A DNA stretch of 63,794 nt, filler included, from Polymyxa betae A26-41 (GCA_003693705.1; 5 parts of 5 records of this genome joined end to end with filler, not necessarily neighbours in it), one strand, 5' to 3'; shown: positions 13,235-27,958, counted from the whole stretch's first letter. Notes: a model not told the origin generated them from the letters alone. Made by a program: numbers and translations.

Positions 13235-13868
13235 CGATGCCTACTCTGATATCCGATACTGCCTAGAATCACCTGTCGTATCGGATATCAGGATATATCG
13301 GATATCACCAATTTTTCTGCGTACGCCAAAAAATCTGCGTGACTGGCTCTCAGTCACGCAAATAATGTCGAAGCAATTTTGAATTACAGAAAATGTATTC
13401 CATTTTGGTACTTGAATTTTGCGGAGTGCGAAGTTGCCATCCAGAACCCATCAGTGAGGATAAGGACTTTTGTCTCCGGAACAACGAATTCAAGCTCTGA
13501 AAATTATGTCCGTAATCTGTAGGTGAAGACCCGGAAGATAACTTGCAATTTATCCGCAAAGTTCATCGAATGTTGGAAACTTTGAGAAATAGCGAGCGAC
13601 AGAAACGAAAATTTTCACTGCGACCGCCCACGATTCATAGTTTCATCAGCAAAATCGATTGAAGTGTCAAGACTAAGTAAAACGCTGCATTTCAGTGTTT
13701 TGTATTTTTTTCTGATGATTTTGGGCTTTTTTTGTATCGGATATTAGATAATCGAAAACTCCCTGTCGTATCGGATATCATCCATAGAACGGCACAAAAT
13801 TTCTGAAATTTTAATCGGTTATCAGAGGATATCTGATATCGGAGAATCGGTTATCAGGGTAGGCACGG
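13235..13868. mobile_element. Tc1/mariner-type MITE (634 bp) with TA target duplication
   Basis: TA|CGATGCCTACTCTGATATCCGAT ... ATCGGTTATCAGGGTAGGCACGG|TA imperfect TIRs; internal repeats of cctgtcgtatcggatatca. Confidence 0.75.
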
Positions 13869-15100
13869 TACTGCTTCTCTGTTGGTTCGCACGAATTTTT
13901 CATTTTTAGATTGGCGAAGTGAAGCTCTTAGACAACAGCCCAGTCAGAAGTATGAGGCCCGCAGTTGCCTCGCTAAACGCTTCATCGGACACCGTTAATG
14001 GTGGTAACTTTGTGTCTTAAACTCGTGGCCGTGATCATTCCAACTCTAATCATTTCGTGTTTGGCTCTGATGTCACCCAAGCCATCTTAAGCTTAGATCG
14101 ATTTTTCAGCATTTCTTTGGAGTTATCTTGACGCCTCCAGAGTCGGGACGAACTATTTGCTGTAAAACAGGTTCACAAAAAGGTACAGCGATGCTATCCA
14201 GAAGTGTGATCTCCCGCCGAAACCTTTGATGAAAAGCAGCTATATAATTTTGAATCTGCTCCGCAAACATACTCTTCCTAGCATCCTACCAATAGAGAAA
14301 TACGTCGCCGTGAAGGAAGACGAAATGTTTGACAGTTTCGTGTGATTTGTATCACGAGCTTGTCACACTGGTTATGAGAAGTAGATTATAATTGTATCTC
14401 CTGACAATCTTAATTGAAGTGGCTTGGCTTATCTTGATTCTGTCTGTTTCAACGAGTGCTGTCCAACTCATTCCTGTAACTTCATTGTTTAGCATATGAG
14501 GCTCGAGACAATATCAAAAGTCTACAGTGTCTGAATCTGACAGTCAGCCGATTGATGGTTTTGTATTATTTTCACATAGGCCATAGGGCAACGAAATCGT
14601 AGGAAAACATGCGTTATTAATAACATGCGTCAACATGAGCACACCCAACCCTAACCCTTGGTCAACATTTCAAAACATGCGTCAACATTTACCATTTGGC
14701 TTGAATTTCTTCATAAAGTAAAGAGTTTCGAATCGATTCGACTAGTGCCCTGATTTTGGGTCAACAGACGTGCGATTTCGGTAACACATGGCCGAGATTG
14801 TCATGCAGCATCACCCAAATAGTCCCATGAGTACATTTAGGATTTTTCGTTGATTTCAGTATTTAAACCATCAATAAAGAGATGTCACCAGTAAACATGA
14901 CTATCATCTGTATTATTTCATGCAAATTTTCCTCCTCACTTTTCCATCAATGACCTTCAGCTGGATGAATTTGAGGGTTTTGTGACTTGTTCGCATGTCA
15001 ATCCAAGGGTACCTGTCCGTTCGATCCTGAGTTGGCGCCCAGTTTAAACTGACTTTGCTTGCTATAGGTTTCTACCTGTCTCCGGATTTTGCTCATCATC

Positions 15101-17250
15101 ATGCAAGACGACCAAGCGTTTGATGCTCTAGCTATCATTGCCAACGACAGTGAAGGCAGCGAACATTCAGATGACAGAATGGTGGACCAACAAGAGGACA
15201 ATGCCGTCCAGGCAGGCGGATGGATTCAAGAATACGCTCGGCTTCGTCACGACTTCCAAAAAGCCAAAACCGGATTCGTGGAAAGCCCAATTTTTTTCAA
15301 GTTCCAACTTCAACCGCTCCCGGATGCCGCTGAGCTCAAGATTGACATCGACGGCTGGAAAATCAGCTTCTACCCCAAAGAAGGGCAGGGGCTCTTCGAT
15401 GTGGTAGACCTATCCCATGATAGTGACTTAAAAGTGCTTGTAGGGATCCCTTATCTTCATCGGGGAATGATATTGAGAGACTCTGCTGGATGCGAAGAAG
15501 GCGAAAGCGTTCGGCTGAGGGATTATGCGGGTCTCAAGATTGCCAAAATGGGCCGGTATGCTTTCGTCATGGCAATGTCGCGGTTTACAAATTCTAGGGG
15601 TTAGGCAACGTTGGCCATTATGTTCTTAGACTTGCGTCCTAATCAGCTCAATGAGCAGCGCATAGGTCTCGTCAAGAATGCCATCAGAGCGGCATTAGGT
15701 TCAATCGCGGAAGTGTCGAATGGTGCTGCTCCTGTTCCAATCAGAAACACCACAAAGCTGCGTACGTTCGGTTAGCGACTAATGCGACAACAGAGGGAGC
15801 TGGACGACCCCAAGCTGAGCCAGGTTTTCCTGGCCGTCTACACATTCGGAGGTAAGGTCGAAAATTTGTCTTACACTCGATTGGTACAGGGAAACTCCTT
15901 CAAAGACTTGCTCGAGCCTGGGTTCGCAACTTCGTTCATCCGTAATCAGCTTTCGATTTAGGCCGGTGCCTAGATTTCGAAATGGATTTAGGCCTGTGCC
16001 TAGATTTCGACTGCAGCATCACGACCACTGTTCGCCTGCCTGGAGTCGAGCACTTCGTGATGCCGGAATTCCTCAAATTGCTAGTCGGACAGCCGCTGGA
16101 TTCCAGCGATTCGGTGAAAAACCCTCAGCCAAATCAAGCCGTTATCTGATCATATTTTAAGGTTCATCCGAAAGCATTATGGAAGTTGAGGAATCAGATG
16201 CCGACCAACCTAATGCCGATCAAGATTCATACATGGTATCAATTCCACCTCATTTCTATTAGTGATAATAACAATGTACATTAGTCACCAAGTGACAGCT
16301 CGGATGGGGAATCTGGTCATTCTCAAGAGTTATCACAGAAGTCGATGAGGAAGAGCCAGATCAGTTGCCGCCTGTCGTTGATGCCGACGACCACGACGTT
16401 GGCCATTACGTCGGCGGAGCTGATCTTGCTCTGGATCAACAAATTTCGGACGCCAACGCTCAGTTTTTCGACAGGTATTTGAAGTGGGTATTATCCGACG
16501 ATTTACTGAGCGTTAACGGTTTCAGATTCGGTTATCACGAGCTGGGCAGCTGCATTGTTGATGGTCAATGCACTGCCTTCTCTAGGCTTTCGAAGCTGGA
16601 GTCCATCTACGGCGATATTATTGGAGATTATAGGTAATAACGTAGTCTGGGAAAGGCTTAGAAGGGTTTACTTTGACTGTTATAAAACTGTGGTCTCCAC
16701 GCCCAGCTACATATCGGCCCAGCAGCGAACAGCCCATGCCAGGCCGTCTATTGCAGGTGACATAACTGATTTCCCTGAAAAATAACGTTCTGGATTTCTT
16801 TTCAGGGATGCTGTTCAACTTGGTTGAGGAGGCGCTAACACCCAGGGATGCCCGGCCATTATCCGACTCCGAATGGCATCGGAAACTGGAAACCGTTGAA
16901 AAACGGTTACACATATGACAAGAATTGTCGAAAGGGGTCAATGAGGTAACGCAACACAGCTGTAATTTTCCCAGATTTTTACTGGTTTTCAGCTCCGGAT
17001 GGAAACTTCAATCCATATCTGTTTGCTTGCTGCAATGGAACATCCCGTTGCAGCCTGCTTCGTCTATGATGAAGGTGAAGACCCTGGTCTTCTCCATCCG
17101 GACCGCTCTGATTCGCAATCGGGAGGGATGGAATAAGAATCCTGTCCCCTCAATTCGCCAAAGATCTAGCTTCTGGACCTCCCTTTGATTCGCGAGTTTG
17201 GTATTTCGACTCCAAATCTCTTTCAATGTCTTGGCTTGGGTAGGCAACGG
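15101..17250 (+). pseudogene. Fragmented or spliced coding region of unknown function
   Basis: Successive + strand ORFs with protein-like composition (15089-15604, 16365-16637, 16555-16785); no recognisable motif. Confidence 0.3.
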
Positions 17251-18919
17251 GTGAATCGATGTTGAAGTTTTCGACTCGTTTGAAGAATGATTCAAGATAG
17301 AGGCGCCGAGGCCGGGTGATCACCCCAAGGCCCGAGGCTTGCGCCAACCTGCTGAGGTGTTAACACACTGGTGCTGTTAGAAGGGTACAGTGTCTCTAGT
17401 CCTTGAACCATTGGGATCCCAGTTGGCTCTTGGGCTCCACAACCGCCACGCGGCAGCCGCATTTCTCTTGACTGTACCATCAGCACAGCTCACGCAACGT
17501 GGCATTTGGTTGTGGCTTTAAAACAAAAATTAAACAACCTGTGTGAGACTCGAACCTAGAGCCTGACTGTAACATCCTCATGTTGAATTTCTTGGTCTAT
17601 GATGGAACCTTTGAATCTTCATCCTTTTACCCGTAATCTCGATACTTGCTGATTTCGTTCCTTCATTGCCAGATCCCAAAAAGAAATTTTTATTTGTAGA
17701 TTGGACGAGTATTCTCCATTTTGGCAAGGAAATATGAGCCAGGAACCAAAGGCTCGCCGAAACAATCTTGTCCCAGACTGTCACCGAGTTCAATCCGGTT
17801 GATAATTACTACTAATACTATACAGTCCTCCACAACCTTCACAAAATCGATTTAGTATTCATCAAAACTGTTAGAATTGTAAATTGAGCTTTCAAGTCGA
17901 TGGCCAGGGCAAGTTTACGCTATCGAGTATATTGAAGATAGGATTGTACAGGAATGTTCCTAATAAGACCCTGGGGAGCCGGATTTCCAGCGTCCAGGGT
18001 CTTAGGCATCCCAAACCAGGGTTCAGGGCTTTTATGGGAAAACCTCAATAGAAACATTTACTGTAGCCGACAACCGTCTTTGCACACGATTTAGATTCAC
18101 GATCTTCCTTGTTGAGTGGATTTTGCATTCGCTGAATCGCCAGAATGAATTACCTAAAGTAATTTTGTGCAGTTGCACCGGATATGAGAGGAACATAGAC
18201 TGGAAGTTAAATCATTTATTGAGCTCATCTCATTTTCATATCTATCTTCACATCAGCGTAAAAACTCTTTTTTAACCCCTTTGTACGTTTTCAACGTGCC
18301 AGAATTTCGCTCTACAACACATTCTTAATAGGTATGCCAGCTATATGGCACTGGCAGAGCTTACGAGAGGACAGACTCTCAACTATAGCCTGAATTTGTT
18401 CAGCTTCTTTCGCAGCCGAATTGATATTGTAGGCTCCATGACGACCACAAAGAGCGGCAACGAGAGTTATACTCATATAGAGAGGCCAATAGACGCATAA
18501 AGAACTCTCGCAATCGAGACCGAAGGCGTTTTATCTACGGATAAAATCGTGTTTATCTGCGGATAAAACACCGTGGGTCTTGAATCGGTCCGAAGACAGT
18601 CGGGAGTCGGGACCGAAGGTTTTTTTATTTTGGGCTCAGTCATATTGAGCAAACTTGTCGTTTATAAAAGTGATTATTAAACACGGTCGGCGGCTACCAA
18701 AGTAGGCGAAAACAGATAGTTTAGGGCTGGAAGCCACCTTAGGGTCGGCTACGTCTAAAAACACTATCTGTCGGTAGCTACCACCGTTGGCGAAAGAAGA
18801 TATTTATGGCTGAAAGCTACTTTAGTGTCGGTTACTTTAAAAAAGGAGTACTGCCCACGAACAAGTTGTGAAGTTGAAAGGCAGCGTTAGACATTCTTCC
18901 CTTTGAGGCCGGTACCGGT

Positions 18920-20150
18920 GATGATGTGGTGGCTAATCGTTCTGATGATGAACCGTCGCCGATACGACAACAGGAACGGCGTTGCTAAACACAGCAAAAT
19001 ACCGCGGGCGTCATTGCTATGGCCCAGTGATTCTCCATGGCGCATGCTGTGGGGAAGCGGTCACGATTCACCGTTGCTGGTGGCGACCGGATTTGACCAT
19101 ATAGCATTCCGCCAGCTGCTGGACAAATTCACACTGGATTACCTTCAAAACACTCCGCACACGGATGAAGCGATGATACGACCTAAAGGCAATAAACGCG
19201 GACGTCGACGCCTGACGCGGCCGGAAGATAACCTCTGGCTTGTCCTTTTGTGGTGCCGCACTAAGTATCAATGACGTTTCTTTTAAAGCCGTAAGTAATT
19301 ATATTGACATTAAATAGGTGCCCAATCTGGATATTGAAAATGATTTTTGGGGTCACATCGTCCGCTTGTGAAACCTGGTTGAAGTTCGGAATCCACATTC
19401 TCGACAGTGTCCTGGTTAATATGGTGCAGGCATGCATTTACCTTCCTGATGATGAAACGATGCCAGAATTCATCGCAGAAATTCGTCAACGGCATAATCT
19501 CCTTGATATTGTTTGGGCTGTCGTTGACGGTCTAAAACTGTATCTTTCCGAATGCGGTGACTGCTTGATACAAAATGCCTATTATTTCGGTTGGACAGCA
19601 GATTGTTATATTGGTAATCTATTTGTATTCAGCCCAGTGGCTGCATTGCTTTCCGGATACTTAATGCACCAGGTAGGTCATCATGGGGCTATACTTAAAA
19701 AACTGACTTTATTCGGCGATTTAGGGAGTTGGCATGATGCGGATATCGCAAAAGCAGGAGGGTTGTATGACATGTTCAACAACATGTTCGAGAAGTACGG
19801 CGCCAAAGTGGTCGCTGATTCAGCTTTTTTTTTAAGGTGATACGCCAGCATAGCGCGCGCATCAAAAGCGAGCGACGCTGGCACACAAAACCCTAAAGAA
19901 CTGGGGTTTGATCATCAGCTGACCAGCGCCCGTCAGCCAGCTGAATGGGGCGTGCGGGCCTTCCAAGGAGGGTTTTCGCGACTTAAGGCGCGATTCCCTT
20001 ACGAAGACCGCGGTCACTGTACGTGATGCGCATGATTTCCAGACTATACAACGCGCGCACACGCATGGTGTGCATCAATCAGATAGGCAGAATGTATATG
20101 CCCCACTTAGAGCGCGAGGCAGAAAGTTTTTTCAACCTCCCACAGTGTGA
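18920..20150 (+). mobile_element. PIF/Harbinger-like (DDE_Tnp_4/HARBI1-like) transposase pseudogene with short introns
   Basis: TGFD..F, VVDGLKL, QNAYY.GW, N.PG/SWHD, VVADSAF, SARQPAEWGVRAFQGGFSRLK, LYN.R motifs. Confidence 0.85.
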
Positions 20151-20684
20151 TTAAATAACAATAATAAAACAGAGCATTTTTATTTGCATGGACGGAAAAC
20201 AGGCAGCGACGCATTGATTTCAAACGTTTTGGAATATTTAGGAATCTGAATTTCCGGGACCCATATGAATTTTGAGCATCCTAAATCCATAATCTGCCCG
20301 TCATAGGATTGTTGAATCAACAGCTAATTGGTGTTGCCGGATAAGAGAATTCAGATTGATTATGAACGAAGTGTGGCTAAGGTACCAGAATCTCTCGTGC
20401 AATACACGGCCTTTTATTCAACTTCGATAAAAGTTTATTAATAATTGATTGGATATAAATAGCTGATGATAATGAAACTGACATTCTGGGACCTAACTCC
20501 GGCGCGCAGTTTTTGCTGCGCAGTTTTCTTGATATGCAGGAACATCATCTCGCGAGGACGGTAAGCCGATGAGAACTTCAACACGCCCCCTCGAATCGAC
20601 GTCTTCAACCTGCTCTCGCAATGACATTCCTGATCGACACCAAACGAATTTCGTGCAATTGATGGGTTTGGTTAATGAGTCTGC

Positions 20685-20784
20685 NNNNNNNNNNNNNNNN
20701 NNNNNNNNNNNNNNNNNNNNNNNNNNNNTTAATTAATTAANNNNNNNNNNNNNNNNNNNNNNNNNNNNNNNNNNNNNNNNNNNN
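20685..20784. other. Artificial contig spacer
   Basis: 44 N + TTAATTAATTAA (stops in six frames) + 44 N. Confidence 0.98.
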
Positions 20785-20925
20785 CGGAGTGGAGCGGTGA
20801 GGGGATCGTAGTGGAGCGTAGGAAGGACGTACGGAGCGGTGCCGGTGAGACGGAGGCGGAGCGGAGACGAAGGTCGGAGGGGAGTCGGAGGTGAGGCGAG
20901 GCGAGAGAACGAAGCAATAGAGAGT

Positions 20926-21014
20926 CGGAGACGAGATGAGAAACGTATGAATTTTGGAGTTGATCGGAATCGTTGCGTGGAGGCCGCTCCTCGCCATTCA
21001 TAATAGGGAGACGA
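20926..21014. repeat. Dispersed repeat, 87/89 identical to 61881-61969; both copies lie at or near contig starts
   Basis: cggagacgagatgagaaacgtatgaattttggagttgatcggaat...gggagacga in both places. Confidence 0.9.
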
Positions 21015-22559
21015 AAGCCGTCAGCTTTTATAGGAAAAATTCTTTTAACACGGATTTCCATTTGCTGTCATAGAACTTTTCACACCAAATAATCATCTTT
21101 TCATGTTGATACTTTAGTCTTGTTTCTACGTCGCTTCTGCCATGTCCCATTGCCCATCATGAGAAGTGAGAATGAGTTTTATTCATGATGGGGAAGCTGC
21201 TCATCCTTAGCGGTCTGGAGCAGCTGCTGGAAGCTTCCAGATGTTACTACTGGCACTGAAACCGAGAATGCATTGACACTCTGACGCCATTAACCAGGTA
21301 CGTGGCAAATTACTGCTTGAAACAGATATAACGACTTTAGAAAAGCCATACGTTAGATAGATCTCAGCAGTTTGTACGTGGAGAATCACAGAAATTGTAA
21401 AAGTTCAATCTTGATGAGTAGCTCGATGCCTTATGAGTCACGATGGATGGATTCTGATCGTGATCCGACAGGCGAACCCACCCAATCAGTAAATTTCACT
21501 TCATTAAACAGTCATTATCGTCGAAACCTGTTAGGAGTTTTTCTAACAATTCCCTGTCCTACTTTAAGAGAATTTTGCCATTCCCCGCAGAATGTCTATA
21601 CAAGTTTCTACAACAACTTGTGGGAAATCACGCAGCTATCTGTGAAGAAAGTAACACGCCTTTCAGCAGATAGATCCTCTGTTTTGTTACGATTTAGATA
21701 TCGGAATTACAGAGCCATAGAGGTTATTGGCAGTTTCCGAAATCAGCTTCAGAGCATGGGTCGCGTTAAAATATTTTTAGCACGAGGCCGTTACGAGCCC
21801 ATTTGCACATGAGCTCCTGATCCAAACGGAACTCGTCGTTATCAGGAGATTTGCAAGTTCGTTCGGAAGGTGAGTTGCAGATGTGACCAGATTTTGTCAG
21901 GTTTGGATCTAGTACAGTTACGTTAGGTCGAACGCAGCGAAAATTACAATTGGAAATAACTTTTCTCAATTGTTCAAGCGACAAGAATATAGGAAATCGA
22001 TTTTTTTCATCGCAGGCGAAACATCGCAGCTGAAAGGCTTCTCGCCTTCATGCAGGTCCCTCAAATGGCGATCGAGATTTTTTGATTAGCAAATCTCTTA
22101 TTGCATTTGGAGCAAGTGTAAACCCCGGTACGCATAGCTACGAGCTATTCATCTATTGTCATGGACGAGCCATTTAGACGCAAGACTTTCAGATAATGAA
22201 TATTTGCCTGTGCCGTCACCGATCGCCCATATCGAGACGGCGCGTTCAGCAATTCTCTTCTTGATTAGAACTCCTCTCAGGTGTCATATCAATGGTGGTG
22301 GAATAATGGCCATTTTTTCGACATCGTTTCCCGCGATCCCGCTCCTTTGACGGATCTTGAAACACGATCTTCGTCCTGAAGATGCCCAGGCTGAGTTAGG
22401 AGTAATTGATAGGGCCGCAGATATGAGCCGCGCGTATCACTCTCTTTGTATTCCCCATCGTTTTAGATTCTGTCACCGTGGAGGGGATTGTTGTGAACGG
22501 TATCCCAAACGACTGCACAATGATGACCGAATGCCGCAAAGTAGTTGAGCATGCCTTTC

Positions 22560-23650
22560 GACATTTCACAAGCGTAGGCTCTTTTCCAACAAACTCGCCA
22601 AACTTATTGTTTGTCTATGTATGATGATGGCAAAAAACTGTCTTGTCCAAGTACAACAGCATACTGAGAGGAATGTTCTTGAAATACTTGGAGATGACAA
22701 TTGGAGTTGCCAATTACCGTCAGATTGCTATGGCCTTCATGGTTCAGCATTTACAGAATCAAGGTACGGCAAGTTCATTTATTTGTAAATACATGTACAG
22801 TCCACCAAAAGCACTCTGAACTCCGTGAGGCGTTTTTATCCGATTACAGAATTTCTCTTCTATCCACCTCTCGTCGTCATCGACTGATTTGTACAGATTA
22901 AGAGTCCAATCCTCGCGATGAACAACGAGCGTGCCCGTCTTCACCTGGTTTAACTTCAGGACAGGGAGTTCCCGAATGATCAACATGCTGGTCGACAAAG
23001 ACCTATGATCTGGTCATCGGAATCGGCGCATGGAAGAGGAGTAGAGGACCCGTAATTTGACAAACAAAACTTTCCTGGACAACAGCCGGATAACGGTTGG
23101 CTGGAAAACGTTCAGAATTAGAACAGCGTAAAATGCTACAAGATGCATGGAGAGTCCTGATCGGGCGATGTTGATGCTATCATTATGTGACCTGTTGTTG
23201 GAAGTACGTACATTGAACTCAACTGGGACTGAATATATGATTGTATTATAGATGAAGTACTATGGAATCAGTGGATATCCGAAATCTTTGCTCACAGTAC
23301 GCATGAGACGTTTACAATATGGATGAAACTGGACTGTTTTCGGATCGAACAATTTGCTGCAGGTGCGTGGTTTGTTGCCACTCGAGCAATACTATGTAGC
23401 AGCAGTGTACGAATCGTTCAGTCAGACCAGGAGAATACGAGGCAATGCTGCTGCAGCAGGCAGAACATTGCTTGGAGTCGCCTTTACGTCGCTGGGTCAG
23501 TTTTGAGTTCAAAGTTACAAAGAGCAACCGTATTCAGGTCTCGGTGCTCCCACCAGCAGTCGTCTCATACTGATCAGGTCGGGCAACCGGTTCAGCACAT
23601 TATATGTCGACTGTTGGTTTAAAGTATCTACGTTATTGGGTCCAGCGTGT
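22560..23650 (+). pseudogene. Possible highly degenerate RecQ-like / telomere-linked-helicase-like remnant
   Basis: Short motifs only: IGVANYRQIAMAF, IIDEV, VATRAI, amid many stops. Confidence 0.25.
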
Positions 23651-23689
23651 TCCGCACATTGCTAGCCAAATCTTTCCAGGAGTTTGCGA

Positions 23690-24330
23690 CTCGGACTTGT
23701 GATTGGCCATTCCAAAAGGCATCAAAAATATCCAAAGTGTCCTTTCGTTCGTCAGATGGAAGGTCGAAAAAAGGATAAAACCAGGCTCACTGTGTCATTG
23801 ACTTTAACGTTAACGGTTCCGATTAACTTGAACCATTCATTATTGCACACGCGGAAAGGCCTAGGTGTTTCAAGAAAAATTCGGGGAAATATCTGGGCGT
23901 TTACTGCAGAAACAACGAAAAAGAGTGGATGACCGGAGCTCCTTTCCAAGAAAGGTTAAAAACGCTGTTCAAGAAGATGCCAGAATCAGATCGTAAGACC
24001 TTATTGCTTCTTGATAACACACCATCTCATGTCATTGCAAATCTGGAGTTAACATATATCACAGCTCATTTATTAGCGCCGAGTACCACAAGCAAACTTC
24101 AGCCGATGGTTGCCGGGATAATTGAAGTTGAAAGCGACGTTGTCGTCGCTTTCAACTTTTTAATGCGTTATCAAACGATGAAACTGGAGAACGAGACAAT
24201 TTATAATATAGACCAGCTTCAGGCTATGAGATGGGTCAAACTGGCTTGAAAATGATATCTCGTATATCTGAAAATATAGCTAACTGCTGGAGGCATTCCG
24301 GAATTGTCATAGGCGCACGTAAAAAAATGC
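23690..24330 (+). pseudogene. pogo/Tigger (DDE_1, CENP-B-like) transposase remnant
   Basis: KKDKTRLTV, LLLLDNTPSH, APSTTSKLQPM.AGII, IANCWRHSGI. Confidence 0.85.
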
Positions 24331-25289
24331 ACCCAGATTCCGAACAAGAGCGTGATGTTGAAGCGGAGTTGTGGGATGTGATGCCGATCTCTGGCCCCCT
24401 TGATCTTCCTAGTGTCCTGTCCCCTTCTGTCGAAACGGACATTCATGAGGAGCTCACTGAGCAAGACGTTTCGGAAGGGTCAGTGAAGATGAATAATTTG
24501 TCTGCGAAGTTGACAATGAGAAGCTCTTACATTGTTTTCCGACCGTAAATGCAAAACTAAAAGAAGACCCCATAGGAATCTCTGCGGCTCCCAAGTGTCT
24601 TCACTGTTTGCATTGAACTACACGTCGCGCAATCATCGAAAAGAAGCAATCCCATCTCGTTCAGGCCGATATTAGATCGTTTTTTCCAAAAGCCATTTTA
24701 TCGGAAACCTCCAATAACCTAATTTCTTCCCAAATGTATAAAATAACAAAATATGAGAGATGTAAGATATTCGTTATTGGAAAGGAGTTGGTTCCAACGA
24801 TATCAATGTACAGTATTAAATTGAGTCAGATTTAGTGGGAATCAAGTATTCGAGAGTCTACGGTAGATATAACGTATAGGACGGTTATATATCGCCCGAT
24901 TGCGTTGCTTCTCTTCTGAGTTCCTGAACCAGAATTTGCCCCAATGACATGACAGTCGTCGGATGCGCGGCCACCATTAAAACGCAGACCTGGAAGCAGC
25001 TCGGAATCTTCTGCACCTGAGGGATCGTCATTTCCAGCAGTCTCCCACCCGATCCCACCAGGTAACTTCGTCATAATGCACGCCGCCGGCTTCAACAGCA
25101 TACGGAAATGTATTTGGTAAAAAATTCGTCAGTTATGACCATGGACAAATTTGAAAAAATATCCAGATTTATAACTGCCATTAATCGTGCTGAGACAATG
25201 CTAATATAGCAGAATATGCAGTTATCCATTTCGCATGAACAACAGTTCATTTCGCGAACAATAATAATAAGTTTATACAGCGAGTAGCG

Positions 25290-27958
25290 TTATGCCGTCT
25301 CGCGGTCGCGGCGCTTGCTGGCGTGCCGTACCGGCCCAGCAGGAGCATACGGGTTCTCGGGGGCGCGACAAAGTACTCGCACTGGGACCCCATCAAGGTC
25401 GAATTCGCGACGCAAAGCGGCGCCCAGGTCGCGGACGAAGTTGTCGTGCTCGTCCAGGCCCCGGGACCCGAAGACGCAGAAGGTGGGCGGGCGCGCTTTC
25501 ACCTGCGTCATGTAGCGAGCTTTGAGGCGACGCCCGCCCTGTCCCAACGGCATCGTCGCCGTACGTAACCATTCAGCAAGCCATCTATAACATCAATTGT
25601 TGGGATTCAACCGCACCTTATTTCAGCAAAAGCAGAGAAAAAAGATGGCCAAAAGGCTGGATATTGAGAGAAAACGATGAGAAACCAAAAAATCTTCAAA
25701 TGCTTCGTTGAAACTGAGAAAAAAACAAGAGATTATGAGACCTGTTTAAAAGGCCGGTAGAAATGCGGCGGTTCCATCGGTCATGGACATCCAACGCGCT
25801 ACGTAGGACCGAGTCGATATTAGTCCCGTTCAGAGCCGAGACCGGTACGACGACGGCACCGGCCGCCTGTGGTACGGCATTCGCGACAGCGTCGTGCAAG
25901 CGACTCCGAAGACCCGATTGCATCTCTGGCGGCACCTAAATTTCCACAATCAAAGCTTGCTATCAGATACACCACAACAAACTTAAAACAAATTCCAAAA
26001 AAACTTCGTCAAACCAAATCTGAAAAACTTGAAAATATTTTCAAAAATTCGATGATTTCATCATTCGCGAACGAACCTGGTCCCATTTGTTGGCGATTAT
26101 AATCAGACAGCGGCCATTATCAATAACCTAAAGATGAGAGGTGAGCCGAGCCGAGCCGTATATCCAAGGGCGCCGGGGGCCAGTACGCACGTGCTTGGTG
26201 ATGGCCGTCTCGCGACGCGGCAGTTGCAGGGTCGGCGACGCGGACAACTGGGCGGCGTCCAGCACGAGCGCGACGACGTTGGCGAACCGCATCGAGCGCA
26301 CCGACTGATCCATGCCGAGGGCGTCCATCGGGTCGTGCTGGCCCCACGACATGGGCGTCGTGCCCGTGATCCCGGCCGTGTCGACCAGCTCGAAGACGTG
26401 CCCTAAAACGGGGACGGGGTCAGCATGTCAATCTTGCTGCTGAGAGGGAACGAACGACACCGACCGTCGTGCTGGAGCTCGGTGGCGATGGAGTCGCGGG
26501 TCAGGCCCGGTGTAGGTCCGGTTAGGCAGCGGTTCGGATCGCCGAGAAGCCCGTTGACCAGCGTCGACTTTCCGACATTCTGTCGGCCGACGATCTGCAA
26601 TGATTCGAATCAATGCTGGAGTTGGGAGGGAGTGTGATAGCAGCTTACGGCGAGACGAAGACGATCACCGGAAAACGCAGATTCGGCCTCCTCGACGGCA
26701 TCTGATGCTGAGAATGGAGGTTCAGCGCAAAAGGCAAAATTGAAGGTTCGTCAAAAGGAAACATTCCATGAGTATGACGATGTGTGAATTAACAATGAAA
26801 CTTGATAAACCAAAAAAAAGCTGGAAATGCTGATTCGAAATGAAAATCTGTAATGTGTAAAGATGATAATTACGTATTTGTTGCAATGCTCGATTCATTG
26901 CCTCGAACAAGCCCAGGCGCCCATCACCATGTGCAGCTGAGATCGGGATGGGACGTCCAAATCCGAGCCGTTCCGCCTCCATCAGAGTTGCCTCCGGTAC
27001 GTGACCTTCACATTTGTTCGCGACCAGTATCACCTAGGGTTAGGGTTTGACTATCAACGTCGTCGCAAAACGAGAAAGCACAGATGATCATCGCAAGTCA
27101 TTTGAATCCGAAAAAGCATTACAGGAGGAGAGGATCGCACCGCCTCGGACCGGACGTGCCGGCCCAGATGTTTTCGCAGCCAACGGGCGAAATATTCATC
27201 ATCCGGTGTGATACCTGTTCAGAGATTTCAGCCCGAAACGAATGGGGTAGCTGCGATGATTTTCAAAGACCTTGCCTGGCATCGAACAGGAACAGGACGA
27301 CATCGGCGTGTTCGACGGCCAGCTGTGCACCAGTATCAGCGGGTTCTTTTCCACCAAAAAATAAAAGGCAAGAAGAAACTTGAAGTTAAGAAAAAATCAA
27401 AGAAACAGAAAACCAAAGACGTGAAATTCTTGGAACTTAACAAACAGAATCTGTCAGTTTCAGAATTCGAAAATCCACAGTTTTCGAACGAGCCATTTCG
27501 GAAACAGAGAAGCAAAAAAAGCGGCGCCAAACAGGCCAGAAATTAAAGACGCAGAGATGCGACAGTATACCTGGCTCTGTACGAGCATATCGCGATCGAG
27601 ACGCGATGGGCCATCACAACCGCCATCATCGAGACCCGGCGTATCCACCAGACGAAATCGCAGATCGAACAACGAGGCCCGGGTCTCGATCCGATCGCGC
27701 GTCATTCCTGGACGTTCATGAACCAAAGCTGCAGCACTACGTTCGTATCAATGCGTCCGGGGATGGGGCCGGTACGACCCCCGCGGCGAAGTCATGCTGA
27801 CCGAGGCGTCTGCCCGCCAGACGATTGAACAGGGTGCTCTTGCCAGCATTGGGGCGGCCGACGACCGCCACCGACGGCATGGCCGAAAAGCGGCAGCACG
27901 AGGACGAGGCGATTCGCGTCCTCACCCGAATGAGCAGCGTCGTCGCCAGTGAAATCAT
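25290..27958 (-). CDS. engA: Spliced EngA/Der double GTPase (ribosome biogenesis), probably organelle-targeted
   Basis: GD1 [31 protein letters not shown]; GD2 [24 protein letters not shown]; KH-like tail [26 protein letters not shown]; GC-rich exons with GT-AG introns; Arg/Ser-rich N-terminal extension from ATG 27958. Confidence 0.93.

Noticed and set aside
17540-17580. GACTCGAACC tRNA B-box-like motif
   Set aside because: No cloverleaf can be built around it
20685-20784. TTAATTAATTAA palindrome recurring four times inside N runs
   Set aside because: Identical 100-bp artificial scaffold spacer, not biological
25290-27958. engA as bacterial contamination or recent horizontal transfer
   Set aside because: Multiple spliceosomal introns and an N-terminal targeting-like extension indicate an ordinary nuclear gene for an organellar protein
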